Shown here piece after piece: positions 9,629-18,683 of a stretch of DNA of 64,000 bases. A program made the position numbers and the translations under genes. Position 1 is the first letter of the stretch; every line of letters begins with the position of its first letter. The notes under the pieces are model-generated. The model was given only the letters and a program-made list of their open reading frames with translations, was not told where the DNA came from and made no database searches. Source of the DNA: Candidatus Gastranaerophilales bacterium (GTDB lineage: Bacteria; Cyanobacteriota; Vampirovibrionia; Gastranaerophilales; Gastranaerophilaceae); assembly GCA_947589425.1 (NCBI GenBank), contig CANQAV010000003.1:38186-102185 (forward strand), in the 5' to 3' direction.

Positions 9629-11092
9629 ATGACATCCGGTGAAATTAAGCTTACGGGGGCGGAACTCATTAGAAACAATATTGCAGAAATAGTTGGAAAC
9701 GCTGCAAATGATAATAGTAATGACTTGGTGGAACAAGGGCTAAAGTGTTTTACTATTGATGAAAAAGATGAAAATGAAAATGTTTCCGTTGATTTTGTAA
9801 ATTCTCTAGGTGATTTTAAAAAGCTAATGGAAGACAATGAAATTTCGTTTGATGATGGACAATATATGGATTTTAGCACAAAATTGTATGAGATTGGGCA
9901 GGCTGACGGCAAAGACGGTTTTTCCAAAGAAGACCTTGAAAAAACATACACATTTGTTGCATCCAAAGCTGAAGACAAAACTGCAGATGAAGCTACAGAT
10001 GAAACTAAAACTGCAGATGAAACTAAAACTGCAGATGAAACTAAAACTGCAACGACTAATGCCGAAACTACAAGTGCAGACCCGGCATCTTCCGCATCGG
10101 AAACAAATAAAAACATGCCGGAATACTTTAAAGGCAGCGCCGTGCAAAATGACAAAATTAAACAAGATGAAAACGGACAGTATTATATTAATGTTGAGCC
10201 ATGGGACGACAACGGCGACAGCTTAAACTGCGTTTCAAGAATTATAAGAAATGTATACGGGGTAAGTCTTTATTCAGAAGAAGGTAAAGATATATACAAT
10301 AAATTAAGAGAACAAAACCCGAATGTATTTCTTAACGAAGATCCGGACTCATACTATATCTACGATAATGACAGGATTAATCTTGTTGATATAAACGCTG
10401 AAAGCAAAAAAACCGAAGATGCTCAAAAAACAGATTCAACAGATTCAACAGATGAAACAACCAAAACCGAAGATGCTCAAAAAACAGATTCAACAGATTC
10501 AACAGATGAAACTGAAGACGTTCAAACCACGCAAACCACGGAAACCGAAAGTGAACTTGAAACCTTATTTAACGAAAACCTATCTCAATATATTGACGAA
10601 AACGGCGACATAGAAGACGTCGAAGGATTTATGAGTGCAACAATAAATGGGCGCAACATGAGCGGAAGCGATTACGTAGAGCTTGCCGGCATATACAATA
10701 AAAAATACAACAAAAGCCTTGTACAACAAATAATTATAAATGAACAAAAGGGAGGCAGAGATAATATATACGAAATAGCAAGCAAACTTGTATATAGCGC
10801 CTATGAAGGCAACTCTAAAGCAATAGATTTAATGTATAATGAAATTAGAAATTGCGTTTACGGAAGCAAAGATAACAACGAAAACTATACAAATTTCATT
10901 ACCGGCATTCTAAGCAGCACTAATCTCGTTCAAAACACGCAAATTTTAGAAAACATATTTGAAAAATGTCCCGACGGATCTAAAAGAAATTTGGTAAGCA
11001 AGATTGAAGATATGATAAATAACTCTTCTGTATTTGACGAAAAAACAAAAAAGAATTATATTTCAAAAATTAAAGATGCGGCAGGCATTTAA
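9629..11092 (+). CDS. Acidic Thr/Asp/Glu-rich repeat protein, function unknown
   Basis: 487 aa. RBS GAAAGG upstream. Two internal tandem-repeat tracts. No obvious signal peptide. Followed by a strong terminator. Confidence 0.6.
   Translation: MTSGEIKLTGAELIRNNIAEIVGNAANDNSNDLVEQGLKCFTIDEKDENENVSVDFVNSLGDFKKLMEDNEISFDDGQYMDFSTKLYEIGQADGKDGFSKEDLEKTYTFVASKAEDKTADEATDETKTADETKTADETKTATTNAETTSADPASSASETNKNMPEYFKGSAVQNDKIKQDENGQYYINVEPWDDNGDSLNCVSRIIRNVYGVSLYSEEGKDIYNKLREQNPNVFLNEDPDSYYIYDNDRINLVDINAESKKTEDAQKTDSTDSTDETTKTEDAQKTDSTDSTDETEDVQTTQTTETESELETLFNENLSQYIDENGDIEDVEGFMSATINGRNMSGSDYVELAGIYNKKYNKSLVQQIIINEQKGGRDNIYEIASKLVYSAYEGNSKAIDLMYNEIRNCVYGSKDNNENYTNFITGILSSTNLVQNTQILENIFEKCPDGSKRNLVSKIEDMINNSSVFDEKTKKNYISKIKDAAGI
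9998..10051 (+). repeat. In-frame 18-bp tandem repeat x3 (gatgaaactaaaactgca = DETKTA)
   Basis: Three exact consecutive copies read directly, preceded by degenerate copies (ADEATDE). Confidence 0.9.
10409..10512 (+). repeat. In-frame 54-bp tandem repeat x2 (KTEDAQKTDSTDSTDET)
   Basis: aaaaccgaagatgctcaaaaaacagattcaacagattcaacagatgaaac occurs twice with a 54-bp period. Each copy contains a gattcaaca doublet. Confidence 0.9.
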
Positions 11093-11112
11093 CACGCACA
11101 AAAATATATTAA

Positions 11113-11134
11113 AGAGGGTTTAAACCCTCTTTTT
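11113..11134. terminator. Bidirectional intrinsic terminator between convergent genes
   Basis: Perfect palindrome AGAGGGTTTAAACCCTCT flanked by A-run and T-run. Confidence 0.75.
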
Positions 11135-11891
11135 ATTTTTGTCTTATAAAATCTAACACCGCATTAATAAAGGTTAAAGGATGTACGGGACAGCCCGGAA
11201 TATATAAATCAATTCTATATTTTTTCAAAAATTCTCTGTTTAATTCCGAAGATTCCTGAAAAACACCGCCCGATAAAGCGCACGCACCGCATAAAATAAC
11301 AACCTTCGGGTCAGGAGTTGATTTATAACAATCTTCAAGAGCATAAGCCATATTTTTTGTAATAGGTCCGGTGATTACAATTCCGTCTGCATGGCGAGCA
11401 GATGCCACAAAATCAATTCCAAATCTTCCCATATCAAAATTAGCATTTGATGCGGCATTAAGCTCCATTTCACAACCGTTGCACCCGCCTGCCGAAACTT
11501 GCCTGAATTTAATTGAACGTTTAAAAATTTTATATATTTCTTTTCTTACTTCAATTGCATTTTCATAATAGCTTTCAGCGGTTGTATCCGCCGTAACGAT
11601 TAATTTTTCTTTGGCATCCGCACCTAATTTATAAAAATTGGTAAAATCTATTGCATTTTTTTCGCAATATCTTTTGCATGCTCCGCAAAATGTACATTTT
11701 GATAAATCTATCGAAAATGGCTCAGTCGAAATTGCACCCGTCGGGCAAATATCAACACAGCCTTTGCAATTTGTGCAATTCTCGGCGCATAATTTCGGAA
11801 GTCCTCGAAATGCGCTTCTCATCGGCGCATTTTTAATGTCCGGAATGTATTTTTTCTTTTGCAATAATTTCATTTTAATAGTATCAAACAT
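11133..11891 (-). CDS. Fusion of a 2x[4Fe-4S] ferredoxin domain (HyfH/HycF-like) with a NuoB/HycG/HyfI-like small subunit
   Basis: N-terminal part has CTNCKGCVDICP and CTFCGACKRYCE. C-terminal part has GGCNGCEMEL, ILCGACALSGG and IPGCPVHP, the NuoB-type cluster ligands. Confidence 0.85.
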   Translation of the reverse strand: MFDTIKMKLLQKKKYIPDIKNAPMRSAFRGLPKLCAENCTNCKGCVDICPTGAISTEPFSIDLSKCTFCGACKRYCEKNAIDFTNFYKLGADAKEKLIVTADTTAESYYENAIEVRKEIYKIFKRSIKFRQVSAGGCNGCEMELNAASNANFDMGRFGIDFVASARHADGIVITGPITKNMAYALEDCYKSTPDPKVVILCGACALSGGVFQESSELNREFLKKYRIDLYIPGCPVHPLTFINAVLDFIRQK

Positions 11892-11906
11892 AATTTTATC
11901 CTGTTC

Positions 11907-13367
11907 TTATAAATCAAATCCGCAGTATGAAAGGTCAAACCCCTTGTTGCAAAGAGGGAAATCCGATATTCCGTTGTTTCTTACCGCCATTGAAAGTCCC
12001 CACCAATTGTTAAATGAAGGGTCTTTTATTTTATACCTTTTTAAATTTCCGTTTTCATCGGTTAAGGCAGCATGCACCAATTCGCCTCTCCAGCTTTCAA
12101 CTATGCTGAGTGCAAAGCTTGCGGGAATTAATTTTTGGGCTTGAGATAAAATGGAATCATCTTTATATTCATCCAATTGCCTTAAAAGATGTTTAGTATA
12201 TGAAATTGACTCCATTACCTCTTTATATCTTATTCTGAACCTTGAATATGCGTCATTTGTAGCTCTGAAGGGTTTTTTCTCTAATCCTTTATAGAATTCG
12301 TCTTCAAAATCAAATCTGCTGTCTAAATCAATTCCGCAGGAGCGCCCTATCATTCCGACAAGATTTAATTCCTGTGCGGTTTCTTGATTTACCACACCTG
12401 TTTTTTCAAGTCTTGACATAACGGTAGAGCTTTTGAGAGATGCTTTTGTCATTTTTTCCACCGTTTTCTTAACTTCGTTTAAGGTATCTTTTATTTTTTC
12501 GGACATTTCTTTATCTATATCGAAATTAACTCCCCCGAAATCAATAAGCCCTCTGCCGAATCTGCTTCCTGAAATTTCTAGCATGGTATTAATTACAAGA
12601 GTTCTTGTAACACCGTAAACTTCTTTTCCCATTAAATATGCAATATCGCCCAAGATAGCTCCCATATCCCCTATATGAATTGCAATTCGTTCCGTTTCAA
12701 GGGCTATTCTTCTTATTATCTTTGCTTTTGTTGAAATTTTCGTATCGGATAGTTCTTCCATAATTTGAGAATATGCCATAGCATAAGCAATAACGCTGTC
12801 TCCGCAGACAGATTCCGCAAGTTGAATTGAAGGTTTTTTAACAATTAAATCTTCAACTCCTCTGTGCTGATAACCGAGCATAATTTCAAGGTTATATACC
12901 TTTTCGCCCTGACAGTTAAAACGAAAATGTCCGGGCTCAATAACTCCTGCGTGTATCGGACCTACCGCAACCTGATGAAGCGAAGAACCTTCCATTTCAA
13001 AAAAGTCATAGCTGTCTAAATTTTTTCTGACAGGTTTAAGCCACGGATGATTTTTAGGTAAAATTCCGAATTGTTCGTAAAATTCCCTTTCAAACATGTG
13101 ATATTGAAGGTTTTCTGCGGTAATTGAGTCATATTCTTTAATATTTTTATCAATTAAAGCGGAGCTCAATTGAATTTCCCCTTTTTCATCATCTCCCAGT
13201 GCGACATAGAGCTTAACAAAGTCACCTTCTCTAACCCCGAAGAACGAAAGCACTCTTAAGTTGCTTGCACACAACTGCGCCCTTAATACTTCAAAATCAA
13301 TAACGGGAATATCAAGGATACTTATTCTTTGATTATTTTTTATAGTTATGTAATCCATGGTTTTCAC
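11907..13367 (-). CDS. Group-4 [NiFe]-hydrogenase-like large subunit (NuoC+NuoD / HycE/HyfG-like) with non-canonical metal-site motifs
   Basis: Shows GPIHAGVIEPGHFRF and LGYQHRG. The N-terminal ligand motif reads ESVCGDS (12795-12806) rather than CGxC. The C-terminus reads FPLCNKGFDLSYCGFDL rather than DPCxxC. Start may be GTG 13367 or ATG 13358. Confidence 0.8.
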   Translation of the reverse strand: MKTMDYITIKNNQRISILDIPVIDFEVLRAQLCASNLRVLSFFGVREGDFVKLYVALGDDEKGEIQLSSALIDKNIKEYDSITAENLQYHMFEREFYEQFGILPKNHPWLKPVRKNLDSYDFFEMEGSSLHQVAVGPIHAGVIEPGHFRFNCQGEKVYNLEIMLGYQHRGVEDLIVKKPSIQLAESVCGDSVIAYAMAYSQIMEELSDTKISTKAKIIRRIALETERIAIHIGDMGAILGDIAYLMGKEVYGVTRTLVINTMLEISGSRFGRGLIDFGGVNFDIDKEMSEKIKDTLNEVKKTVEKMTKASLKSSTVMSRLEKTGVVNQETAQELNLVGMIGRSCGIDLDSRFDFEDEFYKGLEKKPFRATNDAYSRFRIRYKEVMESISYTKHLLRQLDEYKDDSILSQAQKLIPASFALSIVESWRGELVHAALTDENGNLKRYKIKDPSFNNWWGLSMAVRNNGISDFPLCNKGFDLSYCGFDL

Positions 13368-14809
13368 TAAGCTCCAATCGTGTTTCTAATAATAAAATCA
13401 AGATATTTCGGTATATAAATACCTAAAGTAAAAGCTATCACAAGTAAAATTGTTTGAGGGATATACATTGAAGGGTATATTTTTGATATATTTTCCTGTA
13501 TTTGAGTATGTTTTTGGGCATTTCTTTCGCCGAATACCATTTTGATAACAACTTTTGCCATTGCAAAAAGTATTACGGTTAATAAAAACAAAAACAAAGC
13601 GCACAGGATATAGTGTTTTTGAATTATAAGAGTTTTAACCGCCAAAAATTCGCTTATAAATATAACGCTCGGCGGGAAAGCGCAAATTCCCAAAAATGAA
13701 GCTATCCAAAGCCATGCCGTTTTATTATCAAGAGATGATAAGGCATTAATTGATTTAATTTTCTTTGTTTCAAACAGCTCCAAAATATTACCCGAAGTTA
13801 AAAAGTAAGAAGCTTTAATCAAAGAATGACCGATTAAATGGAGCACCATAGCATAATAAGCAACACCGCCCAAAGCGGCAGTTATTGCCAGAATACCCAT
13901 ATTTTCGATTGATGAATATGCAAGCATTCTTTTATAATTTGTTGTGTGGTATAAAAATACTGCCGTCACAAACAAAGACAAAAATCCCATAATCAGCATC
14001 ATAATTCTTGCATAAGCAAAACAATTTGCCGCAATCATTACTTTATATACATTTAAAATTACAAGAAATGCACAGTTTAACAAAGTTGCCGACAATAATG
14101 CCGATATCGGGCTGGGCGCTTGAGAGTGGGCATCGGGAAGCCAAAAATGAACAGGCGCAAGCCCCATTTTAGCCCCCAAACCGAAAAGTATAAATACAAA
14201 CGAAACATTAAGCCAAAAATGGTTGAAATTTTTTGCATTTGCCAATAAATCCGAATAATTAAGCGAGTTTAAGCTTCCTTCAGCCACCGTCAAAAGAATT
14301 ATTCCGACAAAAGCAAGCGCAATACCTATTGAACAAATAAAAACATATTTCCAGGCAGCTTCTATAGAGTGTTTTGTTTTATTAAAATATATCAAATAGG
14401 CGCTGGCTAAAGTTGTGCCTTCAATAAATATCCATGCCAGACCCAAGTTGTCCGCCAAAATTCCCCCTGTCATGGAAAGAACAAATATCAATATCATAAT
14501 TGCATAACGTGTCATCTTTTTTTCATTAAAAAGTTTATCCATGTTCCTTGAATAGCCGATGTTGTAGATTGAAACACCGAGATATACAACGGATAAAACC
14601 AAATAAAAAACTATATTTGAAGAATTTAAGCTAAAATATTGATTTTGTCCTAAATATTGAAGGTTAGTGAAATAAAACACCCCCAAAAGCGAATGCACAA
14701 CAGCATATAAAAAGACGAGAAAACTGTTAAGTCTTTTTTTTCTGAATATGAACATTACTAAACATAATACTAAAGGTAATATCAAAACCAAATTAATCAT
14801 TATTTTCAA
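13367..14809 (-). CDS. Antiporter-like membrane subunit (HyfF/HyfD, NuoM/N family)
   Basis: 480 aa polytopic protein. Proton-conducting-transporter motifs (GLAPVHFWLPDAHSQAP; MLAYSSIENMG). Confidence 0.85.
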   Translation of the reverse strand: MKIMINLVLILPLVLCLVMFIFRKKRLNSFLVFLYAVVHSLLGVFYFTNLQYLGQNQYFSLNSSNIVFYLVLSVVYLGVSIYNIGYSRNMDKLFNEKKMTRYAIMILIFVLSMTGGILADNLGLAWIFIEGTTLASAYLIYFNKTKHSIEAAWKYVFICSIGIALAFVGIILLTVAEGSLNSLNYSDLLANAKNFNHFWLNVSFVFILFGLGAKMGLAPVHFWLPDAHSQAPSPISALLSATLLNCAFLVILNVYKVMIAANCFAYARIMMLIMGFLSLFVTAVFLYHTTNYKRMLAYSSIENMGILAITAALGGVAYYAMVLHLIGHSLIKASYFLTSGNILELFETKKIKSINALSSLDNKTAWLWIASFLGICAFPPSVIFISEFLAVKTLIIQKHYILCALFLFLLTVILFAMAKVVIKMVFGERNAQKHTQIQENISKIYPSMYIPQTILLVIAFTLGIYIPKYLDFIIRNTIGA

Positions 14810-15443
14810 AGTCCTTTAAGTCTGATAAATGTGCTACTTCCATATCTCCCAATTCGGAATTAATTTCCGAAACAAAAAGTCCCAAAATATAAATTGCAAT
14901 AAATACATCCAGCAAAACACCGATGTTTACAAGCATGGGCATTTCTTTTGCAACAGAGAGGGAAAGAAGGAAAATTCCGTTTTCCATTGTGATAAATTCA
15001 ATCACGTTAGATAAAATTTTGTGTTTAATTGTAATTAGCCAAAGGCTTATAATTATTGCGGATAATGCCATACCGAAGCATATCGGATTAATTAAAGACA
15101 GGGAAGGAATTTCCACAACTCCCAATAAAAACCCTCCGAAAAGTATTATGCTTGAAATCAAAAGGCAGTAAAAATGTGCGATATTTGCATCCGTATCCCT
15201 GTTCGAGTGGGTTTTTTTCAATACTTTATTTAAAAACCATGGTATCAAAATTGCTTTTACAACAAGAGTTTCAACCGTTAAAAATAAAACAATGTACCAC
15301 GGTGCCTGTTTAAAGCCTGCCGCACAAATTAAAAACAACAAAACACCCTGTACAATAAGAGTTTTAATGTGTGCAACAAGCCTGCTCGTTGCGGATAGAT
15401 AAAGCATTGTAAGTCCGAATAAAATTATAAAACCATCGACCAT
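14793..15443 (-). CDS. HyfE-like small membrane subunit
   Basis: 216 aa, very hydrophobic. Sits between the HyfC-like and HyfF-like genes, as in E. coli hyf (E. coli HyfE is also 216 aa from memory). Confidence 0.7.
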   Translation of the reverse strand: MVDGFIILFGLTMLYLSATSRLVAHIKTLIVQGVLLFLICAAGFKQAPWYIVLFLTVETLVVKAILIPWFLNKVLKKTHSNRDTDANIAHFYCLLISSIILFGGFLLGVVEIPSLSLINPICFGMALSAIIISLWLITIKHKILSNVIEFITMENGIFLLSLSVAKEMPMLVNIGVLLDVFIAIYILGLFVSEINSELGDMEVAHLSDLKDFENND

Positions 15444-15446
15444 AAA

Positions 15447-16379
15447 TTATACTCCATAAATTTTAACTGCACTCAAAGAAGCGACAACAAGAGCAAGAGA
15501 GGACATGACAAAAATAAATTCAAATACATGGCTCATTCTCAATCTTGCAATTAAAGATTCTATTGTGCCTATAATTACCCCTAAAATAATAAATAAAGCG
15601 ATAAAGCACAAAAGCGAAATCTTAAGCGGTATAGCAGCCGGTATTATCAAATTTCCTATTATACCCATTAAAATAACCATTTTTATACCGTTTGCCCAGC
15701 TTGATAAGGCCAAATCAATGCCCGAATTATCAAGTACCATAACTTCGTGTATCATCGTAAGTTCAAGGTGTGTTGCGGGATCATCCACCGGAACTCTCGA
15801 ACATTCCGTTAAAAGCATAATAAATATTGCGCTTGATGCCGTAATTATAATTAAAATTCCTAATGAGCCGAAATTTTGCGGAAGCTGCGATATGGAAGAA
15901 AAAGTGTAATTTCCGCTTAGGGCAATTAAAGAAGCAAGAATTATAAAAAACGCAGGCTCAATAATTGTTGTAAAACACGCTTCCCTGCTTGCGCCCATTC
16001 CTTCAAAACTGCTTGCAGTATCCATTGCACCTATAAGGGCAAAGAATTTTGAAAAGCCCAAAATATATGAAAAAATTATAAAGGCACACGACGTATTTAT
16101 TATTGAAAAACCCATAACCAAAGGAGCAAAAAGCCCCGCAATCAAAGTTGATACAAACACGATAACGAATGCTATATTAAATATCGGGCTTGTTGAAGAA
16201 CTTATTACTCTTGATTTCTTTAAAAGCCTCAAGAAATCCCAAAAGGGCTGAAATATTGATACGCCTTTTCTTCCGCCCCAGAATGCTTTTGTCTTTTTTA
16301 TAACACCGATTACAAAAAACGGTGCGAATAAAAGTATGGTTAAATTAATTAATGTCATCAAAATTGTATGTTTATCCAT
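15447..16379 (-). CDS. NuoH/HycD/HyfC-like membrane subunit
   Basis: 310 aa polytopic protein. Motifs RVPVDDPATHLELTMIHE and SFEGMGASREA are typical of the NuoH/HycD family. Confidence 0.8.
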   Translation of the reverse strand: MDKHTILMTLINLTILLFAPFFVIGVIKKTKAFWGGRKGVSIFQPFWDFLRLLKKSRVISSSTSPIFNIAFVIVFVSTLIAGLFAPLVMGFSIINTSCAFIIFSYILGFSKFFALIGAMDTASSFEGMGASREACFTTIIEPAFFIILASLIALSGNYTFSSISQLPQNFGSLGILIIITASSAIFIMLLTECSRVPVDDPATHLELTMIHEVMVLDNSGIDLALSSWANGIKMVILMGIIGNLIIPAAIPLKISLLCFIALFIILGVIIGTIESLIARLRMSHVFEFIFVMSSLALVVASLSAVKIYGV

Positions 16380-16383
16380 TGTT

Positions 16384-18354
16384 TTATCCCAATATAACTA
16401 CACCTGAAAGCGCAATAATCAAAAATATAAGTCCGTACATAATATAACTTTGAATATTGCCGTCTTGTATTCTTTCAAATCCCGCAAAGAATTTTTCGAT
16501 TGAATGAATGAAAGGCTCAAGGAAATATGCTTCTTCAACATCTTCCATATGAAGCGAATAATGTGCATCTTTTTCAAAAATTGCTTTGGGTTTTTTAATA
16601 TCAATAACTCTTTTAAATAAAGGGGTAAGCATCTTAATAAAAGGAGATGCATAAGAAGATGCGCTATATTGCATTTTTGGATTATACCTGTTATAACCGC
16701 ATCCCCATGTAGAATTTGTCGTATATTTTCCCCAGATTTTTTGTTTAATTATAAATAAAATTATTGTTAAAGCTATGATTGAAAAAGCACAAATTGAAAT
16801 TATTTTTAAAACCGGACATATTACAAATGAAGGAATTTCTTGAGTAAACAGTGAAGCAGGTTTTACAATAAAATTAAATATCTGCTCGGGTAAAAGCCCT
16901 ATTAATAAACAAAATATACCTAATATTGACATTGGAAACAAAAATATTCCGTTCACATCTTCTTTTACTTTAGAAACATTTTCACTTCTTGCTTCTCCCA
17001 AAAATATTATGCTGAAAGCCTTTGTAAAACACAATATTGCCATTGTGCCCACAAGCGCCAAAGAAGCAATCGCAAGAAGGAATATTATAAATGTTGCAAA
17101 ATTATCAATCTTCAAGCCCCAAAGCATTCCGAAATATATTAAAAATTCACTTATAAAACCGTTGAAAGGGGGAAGTCCGCATATCGCAATTGAGCCGATT
17201 AAAAACAAAACTGCCGTTTTTGGCATTGATTTTATTAATCCGCCCATAACTTCAATATCCCTTGTGTGAGCTTTTGTATAAACTGCACCTGCTCCCAAAA
17301 AGAGAAGTTCTTTAAATATTGAATGGTTTAGAACATGCAAAATTGCGCCCGAAAAGCCCATTAAGCAAACCAAAGGAGAATTGTAAGCAAGTCCCAGCAT
17401 TCCGATTCCGATTCCCATACCGATAATACCGATATTTTCAATACTGTGGTATGCAAGCAGTCTTTTTATATCATGCTGGCTTATGGCATATAAAACTCCA
17501 TAAAGCGCAGAAATTGAGGAAATTACAAGAACGAAAACACCCAAAAATACTTCTTGATGCGGATTTATTGCAATCATTCTTAAAATTCCGTATATTCCGG
17601 TTTTTATCATTACGCCGGACATTATAGCGCTGACGTGGCTAGGAGCACAGGGATGAGCATCGGGAAGCCAATTGTGAAAAGGCACAAAGCCCGCTTTAAT
17701 ACCAAAGCCTATGAATGCAAAAATAAAGACAAGAGTATATAAATCAGCATTGTTTTCCAAAACATTTCCGAAATATGCAAAATCAAAACTTGAAGCATTT
17801 ATTGATAAAATTGCAAAAGCAAGAATTATAAACACAACGGATACATGCATATAAACAAGATATTTAATACCTGCCTTTAAAACTTCTTTTTTATCATTTT
17901 CAAAAATTACAAGGAAGAAAGAAGATAATGACATCACTTCCCAAATAATTAAAAATAAAAGTGCATTTTGCACCGTTACAACCCCAAGCATTGATGCGCA
18001 CAACAGGGGAAGAAATACGCAATGTGCGCTTAAACTTTTACCTTCTTCAATATATGAGGACAAATATCCTTTTGAATAAATAATTCCTAAAGTTGACATT
18101 AAAGATATTACAATTACAAAAAATGCGCTTAAATTATCAAGACAAAATGTGACATTTTGAAAAATCGGCTCAAGCGAAAAAACAGCCTTTGAGTTTTGAA
18201 TAAACAATGCGGAGAATGCGCTTTTCAAACAAAAAACAGACGATATAACAGCGCAGAGCGCAACAATTGTAACTTTCAATTTTTGATTTTTAATTAATAA
18301 GGTAAAAAGCCCGCCAAAAAACAATATGGCCATACCTAAAAACAGATTATCCAT
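16384..18354 (-). CDS. NuoL/HycC/HyfB-like antiporter-type membrane subunit
   Basis: 656 aa. Motifs GFVPFHNWLPDAHPCAPSHVSA and LLAYHSIENIG. First gene of the minus-strand operon. Confidence 0.85.
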   Translation of the reverse strand: MDNLFLGMAILFFGGLFTLLIKNQKLKVTIVALCAVISSVFCLKSAFSALFIQNSKAVFSLEPIFQNVTFCLDNLSAFFVIVISLMSTLGIIYSKGYLSSYIEEGKSLSAHCVFLPLLCASMLGVVTVQNALLFLIIWEVMSLSSFFLVIFENDKKEVLKAGIKYLVYMHVSVVFIILAFAILSINASSFDFAYFGNVLENNADLYTLVFIFAFIGFGIKAGFVPFHNWLPDAHPCAPSHVSAIMSGVMIKTGIYGILRMIAINPHQEVFLGVFVLVISSISALYGVLYAISQHDIKRLLAYHSIENIGIIGMGIGIGMLGLAYNSPLVCLMGFSGAILHVLNHSIFKELLFLGAGAVYTKAHTRDIEVMGGLIKSMPKTAVLFLIGSIAICGLPPFNGFISEFLIYFGMLWGLKIDNFATFIIFLLAIASLALVGTMAILCFTKAFSIIFLGEARSENVSKVKEDVNGIFLFPMSILGIFCLLIGLLPEQIFNFIVKPASLFTQEIPSFVICPVLKIISICAFSIIALTIILFIIKQKIWGKYTTNSTWGCGYNRYNPKMQYSASSYASPFIKMLTPLFKRVIDIKKPKAIFEKDAHYSLHMEDVEEAYFLEPFIHSIEKFFAGFERIQDGNIQSYIMYGLIFLIIALSGVVILG

Positions 18355-18683
18355 TTATTCCTCTTTTGTTAATGTTTCAGCTATAAATTAATTTTTAATC
18401 AAAAAAAATAATAATCAAGATATAAATTAAGATTATTTTTTTAAAGATGTTAACTTTTTTAAATTTTTTTTAAAAGCTCTCTGAAATTAAAACTTTTTGT
18501 TTAAAACAAAAAAAATTCTCAAAAAATCCGCAAATATATCAAATTTTTATATAATATTTTTTCATTTTTTTAAATTTTTTATTTGAAATCAAGAATTTAT
18601 TTTTTTCATACAGCCCGTATCCTTTTGACAAAAAAAGCCAAAAATAAGAAAATAAAAATCATAATATTTCACAAGGAGGAAGT

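Noticed and set aside
9523-10226. Overlapping ORFs 9523..10155(-), 9824..10165(-), 9837..10226(+) and 10419..10613(+)
   Set aside because: These are low-complexity shadow frames of the acidic repeat gene 9629..11092, and their translations are repeat artefacts.
11371-18354. Many antisense or alternate-frame ORFs inside the Hyf-like operon (for example 11638..12144+, 15505..15909+, 17009..17269+)
   Set aside because: They are embedded in confidently identified membrane or redox subunit genes and have no motifs or RBS. This is typical of long shadow ORFs.
18618-18631. NtcA binding site (GTA-N8-TAC) or a sigma-70 promoter upstream of glnA
   Set aside because: GTATCCTTTTGACA has GTA-N8-ACA, so the second half-site is wrong. 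TTGACA at 18625-18630 has no acceptable -10 at 16-18 bp spacing.
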